A stretch of DNA of 64,000 nt from an uncultured SAR86 cluster bacterium (GTDB lineage Bacteria > Pseudomonadota > Gammaproteobacteria > Magnimaribacterales > D2472), in NCBI GenBank assembly GCA_964275585.1, contig CAXYCJ010000011.1:16270-80269 (forward strand). Direction: 5' to 3'. The translations under genes and the position numbers were made by a program. Below, piece by piece: positions 54,201 through 62,912 of this stretch; the first letter of the stretch is position 1, and each line of letters begins with the position of its first letter. The notes beneath the pieces were generated by a model. That model saw nothing but the letters and a program-made list of their open reading frames with translations, searched no databases and was not told the origin of the DNA.

Positions 54201-54789
54201 AGCCTGAATACCTAGACATTGCAATTCCCATAAGTCCAAAATCAATATAATCCTGAACTGTTGCTGGGTTCAGGATGGGCATGCCAAAGTGTATAAAGGC
54301 ATGGTCACTTTGGTGGGCTGTAGTAGATGACTTAGCGGAATGATCATCACCAGCGAGAGCTAAGACCCCTCCATGTTTAGAAGATCCAGCATAATTTCCA
54401 TGCTTTAATGCATCTCCAGATCTATCAACTCCAGGACCCTTGCCGAACCATAAACCAAATACACCATCATATTTTGGATTCTCCACTAAGGTTGTTTGTT
54501 GTGACCCATGAAGTGCAGTAGCTGCAAGGTCTTCGTTTATACCAGGTTGAAATACAATTTCATTTTTTTTTAGGAAGCTAGAGGCTTGATGCAAAGCATG
54601 ATCATAACCCCCCAAAGGTGAACCTGGGTAACCCGAAATAAAGCCAGCTGTATTTAGACCATTTAGTTCATCTACTTTTTTTTGAATAAGCGGAAGTTTA
54701 ACTAACGCTTGAGTTCCTGATAAAAAAACCTTTCCTTCATCCAAAAGATATTTATCATCAAGCGTGTATTCAAGATCTACTTTAGACAT
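51283..54789 (-). CDS. Fused indolepyruvate:ferredoxin oxidoreductase family protein
   Basis: SGYPGSPLGG, FCAGCPHN, LGDGTYYHSG (TPP), CEGCGDC, MAYKDEYEVARL. Confidence 0.93.
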   Translation of the reverse strand: MSKVDLEYTLDDKYLLDEGKVFLSGTQALVKLPLIQKKVDELNGLNTAGFISGYPGSPLGGYDHALHQASSFLKKNEIVFQPGINEDLAATALHGSQQTTLVENPKYDGVFGLWFGKGPGVDRSGDALKHGNYAGSSKHGGVLALAGDDHSAKSSTTAHQSDHAFIHFGMPILNPATVQDYIDFGLMGIAMSRYSGCWVGMKCITDTVESAASVDIGFDRFNPKLPEKTLEDEDLHLQWGYIPALSESRLYQKRLPAAQAFAKLNSLDKVIFQGERKLAIVTSGKAYLDVRQALDELGLDEATCIKIGVSLYKVGMVWPLEPDNIIDFVNGNDEVLVIEEKRSIVEDQLMKYLFNYDKRPLVIGKKDENGKYLIPSEGELSPSSLSLIIANRIQKLSLDIDLSQRIQEIDNLISNINSAPVSDLFRLPSFCAGCPHNTSTKVPEDSFAFGGIGCHGMATFMPERHTYNLGQMGGEGVMWTGIAPFTETKHIFQNLGDGTYYHSGILAIRAAIASKANITFKILVNDSIAMTGGQDISGKVQVDSLSWQVHSEGANKIVVMTDYPEKYPSNSSFAPGVKIYQRDDLDKVQKQLREIKGVTVIIYDQYCATELRRRRKRGLADEPDKRIFINPLVCEGCGDCGSQSNCIAIEPHETKFGRKREINQSACNKDYSCTKGYCPSFLTVTGGSLKKKGAKTSNQNTASNYLHNDLPSPVVTDLNKPFNILLTGIGGSGVITLGAIIGTAAHLEGKGASTLDVAGLAQRNGPVTSHLRVANSPSELHATRIATGTADLIVGCDIVVTTGIESLSKINKDKTNMVINSHVAPTSTFTTNPNLDLSSARMIKGLKEVGSNELIHLVNATKYATSLMGNAIAANLFLVGFAIQKGLFPISLAAVERAIELNGVSVAMNKESIYWGRLAAVDIKKVDSIAFIGNETINAVETVESIIDDRYDFLVGYQNIKYAEKYKSLVLQMVAVDKSISNQREDLSIAVAKFYFKLMAYKDEYEVARLHTGDEIKKYIGDRLEGNYKIEYSLAPPVFGGRDKQTGRYPKRKLPSITYYLFAIMKHFKFLRGTVFDIFGISSHRKTERALIGEYEEMMGEVIAKINANNYDTAIKIASLPDHIKGYDVVKDLNIEKAKLLKHQYFNELSGKNIEIVNKFPKAAGDQS

Positions 54790-55199
54790 TATTCAGATTG
54801 CATTAATTCTAGCAAATTACCATCAGGATCTTGGATAATAGCAACGGTTACACCTGGACGAATAACAGTCCCAGAGTTAATAATATTTATATTATGTAAA
54901 TTACAAGATTCGAGAATTTCATCCAAATTACTAAGATTGATAGTGATGTATCTAATGCCATTAGATGTTGAAAAGTCACCAGTTGGATTTATATTAGCTG
55001 GATCATTTTCTAGAACAAGAATTTTTATATACCCACAACCAAATGAGAGCTTGTTAACATGTCCAAGTCCCGGAAACGGTATTTCCACATCTTTTTCCAG
55101 TCCTAATATATTTTGATAGAAATTAAGCATCTCAATGTTATTTGTAGTTACTATTCCTATATCAATAGCATCTGATGTGAATTTAATTTTTGCCATCAT
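54789..55199 (-). CDS. VOC/glyoxalase family protein
   Basis: FYQNILGL...GIRYITI...QDPDGNLLEL. Confidence 0.85.
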   Translation of the reverse strand: MMAKIKFTSDAIDIGIVTTNNIEMLNFYQNILGLEKDVEIPFPGLGHVNKLSFGCGYIKILVLENDPANINPTGDFSTSNGIRYITINLSNLDEILESCNLHNINIINSGTVIRPGVTVAIIQDPDGNLLELMQSE

Positions 55200-56172
55200 T
55201 ATCCTTAGCTAAATCTGCGCTTACCTCAGCAACTGAATCCATTATTCCCTGATGACCCCATATATCGCCTTCTACAAACTGCTTTGGTATCCACTTGTCA
55301 TCATCGTGAATATTGACAGTTTCTGCTCCTATTTCAACATCCCATCCGTTAGGTCCTTTAATGTAAACGCTAGTTGTAAGATCATTAATGTGCTTGCCAA
55401 GGGTAGAACTAATTTTCACACCAGCAGCATTGATTCTGTCAAGAGCTCTTCCGACGCTATCTATTGAATCTACCTGAAACATTATGTGATGCATTCCATT
55501 GGCTTCTCCAAATTTTGATAAGGCCATGCTGTGGTGCCTAGCATTACATCTCATAAACCAAGCTCCATCACCGCCTTCAAAGCTTATATAATCGGTTAGC
55601 TTAAAACCAAGAATTTTTGTATAAAAATCATAAGTTTGCTCTCTATTTGCAGACAAAATCATTAAATGGCCAAGTCCTAAATTACTAGCCACAAAAGTTT
55701 GATTAGGAACGGGTGATAAAAACTTATAATCTAACGTTGGTTCATGATATATTTCTATAGGGTTCCCTGAGGGGTCACTAAATTTTATTAACCCTCCTAC
55801 ACCTCTTGCTTGAGCTTCTTCCGAGGAACCATCGAGAACATCTATCTTATTGCTAATTAGATGCTCCTTTGCTTCGGAAAGCTTTGATACATTATCAACT
55901 TCAAAACCTATGTATAAAATTCCATGATTGGCATCATCTTGATGAATTCCAATCCGCCATTGGTATTCATCAAGTTTTAAATATACAGATCCATCATCAG
56001 CAATTCCCTTGCCGCCACTGGCAATTTTAAAATTTGGATCTTGTGGAAATCCCCAGCTTTCTCCGGGCACGGCTCTTGCTGGCATCATTCCTAGTATCTC
56101 AGTACCAAATTCTAACCACTCCAATGGATTCTTAGCCCCAAACCCAATATAACCCAATGATTTAATCTCCAT
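55183..56172 (-). CDS. Type I extradiol ring-cleavage dioxygenase (BphC/HsaC family)
   Basis: IKSLGYIG, DPSGNPIEI, GLGHL, CNARHHS, HHIMFQV, LGKHIND...SVY...EIG (His/His/Glu Fe ligands). Confidence 0.9.
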   Translation of the reverse strand: MEIKSLGYIGFGAKNPLEWLEFGTEILGMMPARAVPGESWGFPQDPNFKIASGGKGIADDGSVYLKLDEYQWRIGIHQDDANHGILYIGFEVDNVSKLSEAKEHLISNKIDVLDGSSEEAQARGVGGLIKFSDPSGNPIEIYHEPTLDYKFLSPVPNQTFVASNLGLGHLMILSANREQTYDFYTKILGFKLTDYISFEGGDGAWFMRCNARHHSMALSKFGEANGMHHIMFQVDSIDSVGRALDRINAAGVKISSTLGKHINDLTTSVYIKGPNGWDVEIGAETVNIHDDDKWIPKQFVEGDIWGHQGIMDSVAEVSADLAKDNDGKN

Positions 56173-56201
56173 GACGTCTTACCCCCTTATATAACAACGC
56201 T

Positions 56202-56921
56202 TTATTTAATGTTTTTTAATAGATTTTTCTCTCTCTTTATAGCACTTTGCACTTCTTCTTCCAAATTAACCTGGAAAGCTTTTTTTGCAGCAAACAGAAC
56301 TTTTTGATTCATCTCACCCATGGCAGAGGCAAGTTCATTAATTCTAGTCTCTAAATTATCTAGATCCACAACTTCATTAACCAAACCAATTTCCTTGGCC
56401 TCGTCCGCACTTAATTTGGCATTGTTTAAAATGATTTCTTTAGCTTTATTAGCGCCAACTAATGCAGGTAAAAAATAAGTACTTGCGAGACCTGGCAAAA
56501 TCCCGAGCTTTACAAAGGGAAAGGACAGTAAAGCATTTGTTTCAGCAACTCTTATATCAAAAGGAAGAACCATAGTGATTCCAATACCCACACAAGAGCC
56601 TTTCAAACCAGCGATAAGTATTTTTTCAGAAGAAGAAAGCTCAGTAACAAAAGATGAAATAAATTCATCCTCTCCAATTCTTAAGCCTAACTTACTAAGT
56701 TTATCTCCTGATAAATATTCTCTATCAGCGCCAGCACAAAAAGATTGACCTTTGCCTAAGAACGCAATGCTGGAGATGTCGGCGTTTATATTTGCGTGCC
56801 TGAAAGCATGGATAATTTCATCTCCCATATCTGGAGTATAAGCATTTAGCTTGTTTGGTCTGTTTAGGTAGATTTTTGCAAGGGTATTCTCCTCATGGTA
56901 GATAATGTGCTCGTAATACAT
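56202..56921 (-). CDS. Enoyl-CoA hydratase/isomerase
   Basis: LNRPNKLNA, FCAGAD, VGIGIT, FVKLGILP. Confidence 0.9.
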   Translation of the reverse strand: MYYEHIIYHEENTLAKIYLNRPNKLNAYTPDMGDEIIHAFRHANINADISSIAFLGKGQSFCAGADREYLSGDKLSKLGLRIGEDEFISSFVTELSSSEKILIAGLKGSCVGIGITMVLPFDIRVAETNALLSFPFVKLGILPGLASTYFLPALVGANKAKEIILNNAKLSADEAKEIGLVNEVVDLDNLETRINELASAMGEMNQKVLFAAKKAFQVNLEEEVQSAIKREKNLLKNIK

Positions 56922-57713
56922 TTAATTGTCTGAGTAGGGTTTCCATTTAGGAGATCTTTTTTCAATGAATGCCGTTGTGCCTTCTTTAAAATCAGCATGT
57001 ACATTTTGTTCTGAAATTAAATTCCATGCATAATTCAACGCATCTGTTAAGCCAGTTTCCTTAGAATGCCAGATTGCTTTTTTTGTTTTTGATAAAGCTG
57101 ATGGAGAGTGAACTTTTATCATATTGGCAATTTCATTTGCTCTGATTAGGAGTTCTTCATGCGCTATTATTTCACTAATCAATCCAATATTTAGCGCTTG
57201 ATCTACACCCAATCGCTCACCACCACCAATTAAAGACATTCTTAAAACGCTTTCAAGGGGAATCTTTCTACTCAACCCTACTGGCTCTAGACCAGCTACT
57301 AGACCAACCTTTACATGTGTATCAAAAAAGGTTGAATGCTCAGAAGCAATAACAATATCGCTATCTGCAACAAAGTGGAGACCTCCACCACAACACATTC
57401 CGTTAACCGCGCAAATAACAGGTTTCCATATTTGATTCTGCAAGGAAGTCCATTTAATAGATTCAATTGTTGCTTCACCAGGATTATCGTTCATATCAGG
57501 AAGATCGGCTAAATCAGCACCCGTACAAAAAGATTTATCACCGGAGCCTGAGATAATTGCAACGATTGCCGAATCATCGTTGTTAAACTTATTCCAAGCA
57601 TCTGGTAGTTCTTGAGACATACGACTGTTAACTGCATTTAATTGCTCAGGCCGGTTAAGCAAAAGTGTAGCAACACCATCATTAACCTGATAATCAATTG
57701 TTGAGTAATTCAA
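56922..57713 (-). CDS. Enoyl-CoA hydratase/isomerase
   Basis: LNRPEQLNA, FCTGADL, AVNGMCCGGGL, FFDTHVKVG. Confidence 0.9.
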   Translation of the reverse strand: MNYSTIDYQVNDGVATLLLNRPEQLNAVNSRMSQELPDAWNKFNNDDSAIVAIISGSGDKSFCTGADLADLPDMNDNPGEATIESIKWTSLQNQIWKPVICAVNGMCCGGGLHFVADSDIVIASEHSTFFDTHVKVGLVAGLEPVGLSRKIPLESVLRMSLIGGGERLGVDQALNIGLISEIIAHEELLIRANEIANMIKVHSPSALSKTKKAIWHSKETGLTDALNYAWNLISEQNVHADFKEGTTAFIEKRSPKWKPYSDN

Positions 57714-57725
57714 TGCGCTAACCTC

Positions 57726-58838
57726 TTAGTTAAAAAAGTTCTGTTCTAGTTGATTTTCTAAGTATCCTTCGTCCCATAGAGAATTTTGTAAATGCTTGGC
57801 TCGTCTAAAATAAAGCTGAGGATCCGCTTCAACCGTAAAACCCATGCCGCCAAAAATTTGTATCGTTGTTGCAGAAATTTCTCTAAAAGATTTGCAGGAT
57901 TGTAATTTTGCCATAGCAGATAAATTTGAAACGTCTCTTTTAATATCATGAGCCCAGGCTGCTTGATATGTCATTAATTTATTTGCCTCAACTTCAACTA
58001 GACCATCTGCTAGATAGTGGGCTATGGATTGAAAAGAACCAATTTTTTGTCCAAATGCCTCTCTTTCAAGAGCATAATCTCTCCCTAGGTATAAAGATTT
58101 TTCCGATCCTCCGGCAGCTTCAGCAGCCATTAATATCTGACATTTGTAACTTACTAGCTCCCATAGTGACCAGAAATCATCTTCTTCAATTAACATAGAT
58201 TTATCAACTTGAACATCACTGAATTCTACCTCGTACATACTTGTTTTTGCATGATTGGATTGATAGGTATGATTTACCCCGGTTTGATTCATTGAGACAA
58301 TAGCGGCCGCAATGGAATTTTTATACTTGCAAATAACAATGATTTTTTGTGCCATAGATGCATATGGAACCATTTGTTTGCAACCATTTAAAATAAGAGA
58401 ATTACTCTTATTTACTATCTCTATATTAACCCCTGATTTAGCAAAGCTAGAACCTCTTTCTAACAAACCTATGGTATAGATTGATTTGCCTGATGCGATA
58501 TCAGGAAGAATTTTTTCTTTTTGAGATGGGGTACCCATGGAATTTACAAGAGAAGCAGACATAATTGAGCTTATAAAAAGTGGAGACAAGGCCAATGATT
58601 TACCAAACTCCTCAAATACTATTGCAATATCAAGCAATCCCATATTTGAACCTCCATACTTTTCAGGTATTGCGATACCGGTAAGACCTAAAGCAATTAA
58701 TTGATTCCAGAAATCATCTGAGTAACCAGATTTAGTGCCCTCAATTTCCCGTAAGGTTTTAAGGTTTGAAAAATTCTTACATATACCTTCTACGGTTCCC
58801 CTGAGGATATTTTGTTCTTCATTGAAATTTAATTCCAT
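57726..58838 (-). CDS. Acyl-CoA dehydrogenase (partner-type subunit)
   Basis: PEKYGG, REAFGQKIGSFQSIAHYLAD, QIFGGMGFT. Confidence 0.88.
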   Translation of the reverse strand: MELNFNEEQNILRGTVEGICKNFSNLKTLREIEGTKSGYSDDFWNQLIALGLTGIAIPEKYGGSNMGLLDIAIVFEEFGKSLALSPLFISSIMSASLVNSMGTPSQKEKILPDIASGKSIYTIGLLERGSSFAKSGVNIEIVNKSNSLILNGCKQMVPYASMAQKIIVICKYKNSIAAAIVSMNQTGVNHTYQSNHAKTSMYEVEFSDVQVDKSMLIEEDDFWSLWELVSYKCQILMAAEAAGGSEKSLYLGRDYALEREAFGQKIGSFQSIAHYLADGLVEVEANKLMTYQAAWAHDIKRDVSNLSAMAKLQSCKSFREISATTIQIFGGMGFTVEADPQLYFRRAKHLQNSLWDEGYLENQLEQNFFN

Positions 58839-58919
58839 TAGATATGTTTCTAGTGCTCGATTGTAAAAAATATGTGTTTTTATATTAAACTTAGACTAAA
58901 GGTTAGGCAATATATAAAG

Positions 58920-59369
58920 ATGACAGATAATTCTAAAGAAATAATAAAAAATAAACTTATTCAGTACGCATTTGCTTTGGATACAAGAACTTGGAATCAT
59001 TTAAATGATATTTTTCATGAGCATGCTGTTGCAACTTATGGTAATAAAAATATTAATTTTCTGATCGAGACTAAGTCGAAAGATGAAATTCTGCAGATGT
59101 GCAAAGATAGTCTTGGCGGATGTGGAACAACCCAACACTTACTTGGCAATTTTAGAATTAATATAAACACAACGTTAGCAACAAGCGAATGTTACGTCAG
59201 AGCTTATCATGTAGGACTAGCTCCAAATGAACATGAGTTCTATGAAATGTATGGTGAATACCAAGATAAATGGGAGTTGTTTGATGGGAATTGGATGATT
59301 GTAAAAAGAAATCTAAGGGTTGACCATGAGAGTGGTAACAGAGATAAAGTCTTAGCACCTGGAGATTAA
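58920..59369 (+). CDS. SnoaL/NTF2-like protein
   Basis: YAFALDTRTW, TQHLLGN, GEYQD...WMIVKR. Confidence 0.85.
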   Translation: MTDNSKEIIKNKLIQYAFALDTRTWNHLNDIFHEHAVATYGNKNINFLIETKSKDEILQMCKDSLGGCGTTQHLLGNFRININTTLATSECYVRAYHVGLAPNEHEFYEMYGEYQDKWELFDGNWMIVKRNLRVDHESGNRDKVLAPGD

Positions 59370-59373
59370 TTAT

Positions 59374-59999
59374 ATGAACTTTGATTTTACCCCTGAAGAG
59401 GAAATATTTATTGAAGAGATTAAAGCCTTCATAGATAAGGAAAAATTAAAGCCTAACGCAGATGATGTATTTGCTCCAAACAGAGAGGCAGACGCTCAAA
59501 CTAAAATTGATAGCCCTGCTAGACGTGAATTCATGAAAACTTTATCAAAGAAAGGTTATCTTGGTATGTCTTGGCCAAAACAATATGGAGGTCAAGAAAA
59601 GGATGGTATTTATGATTACATACTGAACGAGGAACTGTGCCGAGTTGGTGCCCCTTCCCCTGGAAAAGGCGTTGGATCTATTGGTCAAACTATTATCCAC
59701 CACGGATCTCAAAAAGTTAAAGATGAGTTCTTGCCTAAAATTCTTGCTGGAGAGATAGATTTTGCCCTAGGTTACAGTGAACCAGGGGCTGGATCAGATC
59801 TTGCCTCATTAAAATTAAAAGCTGAACGCAAGGATAATGGGTGGCTAATTAATGGTCAAAAGATATGGACTTCCTCAGGTCATGTTGCTGATTGGTATTG
59901 GCTAGCTGCAAGGACAGATTCCGAGGCTCCTAAACACAAAGGAATCAGTGTTTTCTTGGTAGATATGAATGACCCTGGTATTGACGTTCACCCTATCGA
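59374..59999 (+). CDS. Acyl-CoA dehydrogenase, truncated at the adapter
   Basis: LGYSEPGAGSDLASL, NGQKIWTS, KHKGISVFLVDM; homology ends at PGIDVHPI, after which the ORF reads adapter and foreign DNA. Confidence 0.88.
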
Positions 60000-60025
60000 A
60001 AGCAGTGGTATCAACGCAGAGTACT
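60000..60025 (+). other. SMART/ISPCR (PacBio low-input) adapter; library artefact
   Basis: Exact AAGCAGTGGTATCAACGCAGAGTAC followed by T. Confidence 0.97.
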
Positions 60026-60080
60026 TCAGGTTACTAGCTGCGATTTTACTAGGCTCGGGCTGCCACAACTTTGTACTCAA
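60026..60080 (-). CDS. 5' fragment of a probable acetoacetate-CoA ligase, cut by the adapter
   Basis: AGGAG RBS, TTG start, MSTKLWQPEPSKIAASNL resembles that family's N-terminus. Confidence 0.55.
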
Positions 60081-60183
60081 TTTAAGACTTCTCCTTTGCT
60101 ACCTAGTACGCAGGCTAACTTTCAACACGTCGAGTTCAGCCGGACCCTAGCCCGGTCAGTGTCAAGAGCATAGTGTAAAACTC

Positions 60184-61116
60184 ATGCCAACTCGACCTCA
60201 GACCCGCATAGGACTAAGCCATCTGTCACCTGCAACGCAGGGAATAATTTGGACTATAATCGCATCATTTTGCGTCGTCGCCTTTACAGCGATTGGTAAA
60301 TATCTGATTGCAGAACTCTCGGTACCGATGATTACCTTTTTCAGGTGTGTGTTTGGTGTGCTTTTCATTATACCTTGGATTGCCCGCGTCGGACTTTTAG
60401 GACTAGCTACTAGAAGACCGATACTTTTGGTTGCGCGCGGTATCAATACCCTTATTGGCCTCTATTGTGTCTTTTTCGCAGTTGCTCTTCTCCCGTTAGC
60501 CGATGTCGTAGCCATTCAATATAGCAAACCAATTTTTGCGTCCCTGGCAGCCGCGCTAATTTTGCGTGAGGTCATGTACGGTTCCCGGTGGCACGCGCTT
60601 TTAATTGGTTTTATCGGCATGCTAATGATCATCCGGCCTGGTTTTACAGAATGGAATATTGGTGTCTTATTCGCTCTAGGTGCGATGGCGGCAGGAGCTT
60701 TTACAACAATTTCCGTCAAGCTAATGACCCGCACCGAGCCACCCGATCGCATCGTTGCCTATACGCTACTCGTTATGACATTAGGGTCAGCCATTCCCGC
60801 AATTATCGATTGGCAAACACCCACCTTAGAACAATTGCTATGGTTAATTTTGCTTGGGGGGCTGGCGACAGGTTTTCAGCGTTCGGTTGCACGCGCTTAC
60901 GCAGCAGCCGATGCAACAGTGGTTCTACCATTTGAGTTTGTAAGGCTCCTTATTGCAGTTGCTTTTGGTTATTTAATTTTTGAAGAAGGCCTTGATGGAT
61001 GGACATGGGCCGGTGGCACTATAATTTTTGCTGCGAGCATTTATGTCGTTCGCGCGGAAGCAAAAAGAAGTTCCTTGCTTTCTACCAATCGCAAAAACCA
61101 ACTAGGACCCCCATAG
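60184..61116 (+). CDS. DMT/EamA family transporter
   Basis: About 10 TM segments; FFRCVFG, LPLADVVAI, LILRE, AYAAADATVVLPFEF. Confidence 0.9.
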   Translation: MPTRPQTRIGLSHLSPATQGIIWTIIASFCVVAFTAIGKYLIAELSVPMITFFRCVFGVLFIIPWIARVGLLGLATRRPILLVARGINTLIGLYCVFFAVALLPLADVVAIQYSKPIFASLAAALILREVMYGSRWHALLIGFIGMLMIIRPGFTEWNIGVLFALGAMAAGAFTTISVKLMTRTEPPDRIVAYTLLVMTLGSAIPAIIDWQTPTLEQLLWLILLGGLATGFQRSVARAYAAADATVVLPFEFVRLLIAVAFGYLIFEEGLDGWTWAGGTIIFAASIYVVRAEAKRSSLLSTNRKNQLGPP

Positions 61117-61209
61117 AATTCAAAAAATGCGATCCAAAATCAGATTTCGGGCGGGTGACTATCAATCCGGATGGCGCAATACTAAATAATTCATACAGGA
61201 GGGCTGATA

Positions 61210-62838
61210 ATGTCGGAAAATCTTCAGGAATTCGACTATATTATCGTTGGGGCAGGTTCGGCGGGTTGCGTTCTTGCAAACCGATTGAGTACTGACCCTA
61301 AAAACCGCATCTTACTTCTGGAAGCGGGGCCCGCTGACCGCAATCCCTTAATCCATTTACCGGTTGGGCCCGCCAGGGTCATAAACGATCCGAAATATGA
61401 CTGGTGCTATGAAACCGAACCACAAGCCAATCTTGGCGGACGCAAAATCGCATGGACAAGAGGTAAAACGTTGGGCGGCTCGTCATCTCTAAATGGCATG
61501 GTCTACATCCGCGGCCATTCCATAGACTATGATCTGTGGGCGCAGCGTGGTCTCAAAGGTTGGGCCTATGAAGATGTCCTGCCCTACTTTAAAAAAGCAG
61601 AGCACAATGAACGGGGAAATGATGACTTTCATGGCATAAATGGCCCACTAAATGTTACGGAAGGTGGCCAAAACCACGCCTTATACGATAACTTTATATC
61701 CGCTGGGAAGGAGGCAGGGTATCCACTCAACGATGATTTTAATGGTGACGAACAGGAGGGTATTGGCCGCTTTCAGTTTACAATAAAAAACGCCCGGCGG
61801 TGGAGTACCGCGGCCGCTTATTTAAGACCTGCGAAATCACGGCGAAATTTGATCATTGAGACCGACGCTAAAACTCAACGCATAACCTTTCAGGGCACGC
61901 GTGCAACTAGTGTCATATACAAACATAAAGGTAGCGTTAAAGAAGCTATAGCCCATCGAGAGATCATTCTCTCAGGCGGCGCCATCAATTCCCCCCAACT
62001 CCTAATGCTATCAGGGATCGGTGACACAACCGCGCTCAAGGCTCTTGGAATCAGCACAGTTATAAACCGACCCGATGTTGGCAAAAATCTTCAAGACCAC
62101 CTATCGATCAGGGTCATGCATCAATCAAAAATTCCTACGATCACCGACGAGTTAAGTAAATTTGAGCGGGGCATTTTTGCCGTCATCCGTGCCGTCCTTT
62201 TTCGTAACGGGCCGGCAGCGGGTTTTCCCCTAGCGGGCGGTGCATTTCTGAAAACGTCCCCTGACCTGGAAATGCCGGACATCCAAATCCATTTTAGCCC
62301 CGGCAATTTAATGTCAATCCATCGGAAACCATTTGCCAAACCAGCAACTGACCATACACGGCCAGATGCTTTTATGTGTCATGCCTGCCAGTTACGTCCG
62401 CAAAGTCGTGGGGAAATATCATTACGAACTGCTGACCCGGAAATTTCACCAATCATGGAACCAAACTATTTATCCGTCGAATATGACCGTCAGGTCATGC
62501 GCGCTGGTTTTAGAATTGCTAGAAACCTTTTGTCTCAGCCTGCTTTTGCCGAATACAGCAAGGGTGAAATTTGGCCCGGTCCCGACATACAAACCGATGA
62601 TGAGATAGATGATTTTATTTCCAGTGCTGCAAGTACGGTCTATCACCCCGTCGGCACCTGTCGCATGGGGACCGATAAGGCCGCTGTGCTCGACGGGGGA
62701 TTAAAGGTACGCGGTGCAACCGGATTACGGGTCGTTGATGCCTCGGTCATGCCGACATTAGTGGGGGGAAATACTAACGCACCCACGATCATGATCGCCG
62801 AGAAAGCTTCCGATATGATTTTGGCGCACCAATCGTAA
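61210..62838 (+). CDS. GMC oxidoreductase (choline dehydrogenase-like)
   Basis: VGAGSAGCVLA, RGKTLGGSSSLNGM, GKNLQDH, YHPVGTCRMG, GNTNAPTIMIAEK. Confidence 0.93.
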   Translation: MSENLQEFDYIIVGAGSAGCVLANRLSTDPKNRILLLEAGPADRNPLIHLPVGPARVINDPKYDWCYETEPQANLGGRKIAWTRGKTLGGSSSLNGMVYIRGHSIDYDLWAQRGLKGWAYEDVLPYFKKAEHNERGNDDFHGINGPLNVTEGGQNHALYDNFISAGKEAGYPLNDDFNGDEQEGIGRFQFTIKNARRWSTAAAYLRPAKSRRNLIIETDAKTQRITFQGTRATSVIYKHKGSVKEAIAHREIILSGGAINSPQLLMLSGIGDTTALKALGISTVINRPDVGKNLQDHLSIRVMHQSKIPTITDELSKFERGIFAVIRAVLFRNGPAAGFPLAGGAFLKTSPDLEMPDIQIHFSPGNLMSIHRKPFAKPATDHTRPDAFMCHACQLRPQSRGEISLRTADPEISPIMEPNYLSVEYDRQVMRAGFRIARNLLSQPAFAEYSKGEIWPGPDIQTDDEIDDFISSAASTVYHPVGTCRMGTDKAAVLDGGLKVRGATGLRVVDASVMPTLVGGNTNAPTIMIAEKASDMILAHQS

Positions 62839-62912
62839 AGTGATAAACTAAGCTCTATACTAGTTTTCCCAGATTTCACTCTGGGTCTTTTCATTTCAAC
62901 ACCGGAAAAACT

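Noticed and set aside
60000-60150. Unusual C-terminus of the 59374-60150 ORF
   Set aside because: It is translation of the adapter plus foreign DNA.
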